IMG/VR virus record: IMGVR_UViG_3300043932_000292
Coordinates: 1 to 36,244 of that record
DNA: 36,244 bases
Source: a virus
Lineage: Duplodnaviria > Caudoviricetes
Strand: one strand, 5' to 3'
The notes below the pieces were generated by a model. It saw nothing but the letters and a program-made list of their open reading frames with translations. It made no database searches and had not been told where the DNA came from. Position 1 is the first letter of the stretch. Every line of letters begins with the position of its first letter. Below are positions 35,234 through 36,244 of this stretch, one piece after another. The translations under genes and the position numbers were made by a program.

Positions 35234-36244
35234 ATGATTAGTATGCCAAATTACGATTATGAACTAAGTGAGCAAGCATTTATAGATGCCTGGGACAAAT
35301 TAGAGCATCCGGACGAAATATCCAAGATTGAAGATATACATAAATTTTTTGATTTATTAATGCAAAACACTCATGGAATTTTTGTAGTGGATCATATATC
35401 AGGTGGTAATTATGATTATGTAGATTCTATATATTATAATGAGCCATATTCAATTATTCGCTGGAATAATTATGATGTCTATCGAAAAAAATATCTATTG
35501 GGAGAATTAACCGAAGAAGAGCAACTATGTTGGTGGCCCTTCGGATACACGACTTATGATTACATACTCTGTAAAATACAAAAAATTAAATTTTTTAAAT
35601 TTAAAAATCATTTGCTGATCGGTATATTATCATATCTAACAAATATAAAAGAATTCGAAAAATGGTTTCATACAAAAGATTATACACTAATTAGACAAGA
35701 TTTATCTGACTTTGAAACAGACTACATTTTTTGGGAAGGAAATCCTGAGGAATGTCGAAAGCATATTTGTCGTGTCAATTCTCTTCCATTTTATACCAAT
35801 TTAATTCAACCGAAACAAAACTGCACTACTTCGGGGATAAAACTATTGCTCAGTTTTACTTATGACGAAGTGATGAACCGTTTAAATCAGGCGCTACACA
35901 GGCTGGATTTTGTAGAGCCGGATGATACCGACTCATTATTTGATATAGGTAATCGAACAAGAAGAATTTTGGAGTATTTTCTTAAATACTTTTGCGTATA
36001 CCAAAGAATTGATTTAGGGATAACAAAAAACTATCAGCACTTAATGCTTGGAGATTTAAAGAAAAGGATTAAATCAAAATTTCCGGAGGCAACAATAACA
36101 CAACGTATAATAAATATTTCGAATGACCTATCGCATGATTCTGGGAAAATATTTACAAAATGTGAAATTAATTTATTCATTAAAGAAGTTATTCAAACAA
36201 TTAAAGATATGTCAAACATGCTACTCCATAGTAACACTAGATGA
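35234..36244 (+). CDS. Hypothetical protein with a C-terminal HEPN-like domain (cargo)
   Basis: 'GNRTRRILEYFL' and 'ISNDLSHDS' resemble HEPN motifs of RloC/AAA_13-type C-termini. Confidence 0.6.
   Translation: MISMPNYDYELSEQAFIDAWDKLEHPDEISKIEDIHKFFDLLMQNTHGIFVVDHISGGNYDYVDSIYYNEPYSIIRWNNYDVYRKKYLLGELTEEEQLCWWPFGYTTYDYILCKIQKIKFFKFKNHLLIGILSYLTNIKEFEKWFHTKDYTLIRQDLSDFETDYIFWEGNPEECRKHICRVNSLPFYTNLIQPKQNCTTSGIKLLLSFTYDEVMNRLNQALHRLDFVEPDDTDSLFDIGNRTRRILEYFLKYFCVYQRIDLGITKNYQHLMLGDLKKRIKSKFPEATITQRIINISNDLSHDSGKIFTKCEINLFIKEVIQTIKDMSNMLLHSNTR

Larger units (their letters stand above)
1300..36244. mobile_element. Temperate siphovirus-like prophage; right boundary outside the window
   Basis: Ordered integration, immunity, replication, packaging, head, non-contractile tail and lysis modules; no second att copy seen before 36244. 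Confidence 0.95.

Overview
Nearly all of the window (about 1300 to beyond 36244) is a temperate siphovirus-type prophage of a low-GC Gram-positive host; the Spo0A-like gene and amidase type suggest a spore-forming Clostridia-like host (inference). It is integrated at the 3' end of a tRNA-Pro: a 23-nt fragment lies at 1300-1322, and the intact tRNA and other att site must lie beyond the right edge. The modules run in the usual order: integrase, lipoprotein, ImmA/ImmR-like switch, recombination/replication (AAA ATPase, RecT-like, MBL hydrolase, replication initiator, RusA), late activator, DNA methyltransferase, terminase, portal, MuF, scaffold, capsid, tail, lysis, then AT-rich cargo. Three genes at 1-1072 lie outside the att. 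The best candidate for an undescribed system is the MuF minor head gene. It carries a C-terminal toxin-like domain preceded by an internal sigmaA promoter, an in-frame Met and a Prp-protease-like 'DLQLF/A' motif, and is followed by an un-called 54-aa putative immunity ORF and a terminator. Other highlights: a receiver-less Spo0A DNA-binding protein; a ~170-bp terminator/0A-box/promoter repeat heading two cargo cassettes (FRG protein, an unknown two-gene pair, a HEPN-like protein); two homologous antisense small-RNA cassettes; face-to-face switch promoters; an HTH inserted in the integrase; and a self-contained 52-aa moron. All family calls come from motif recognition by eye, not database searches.
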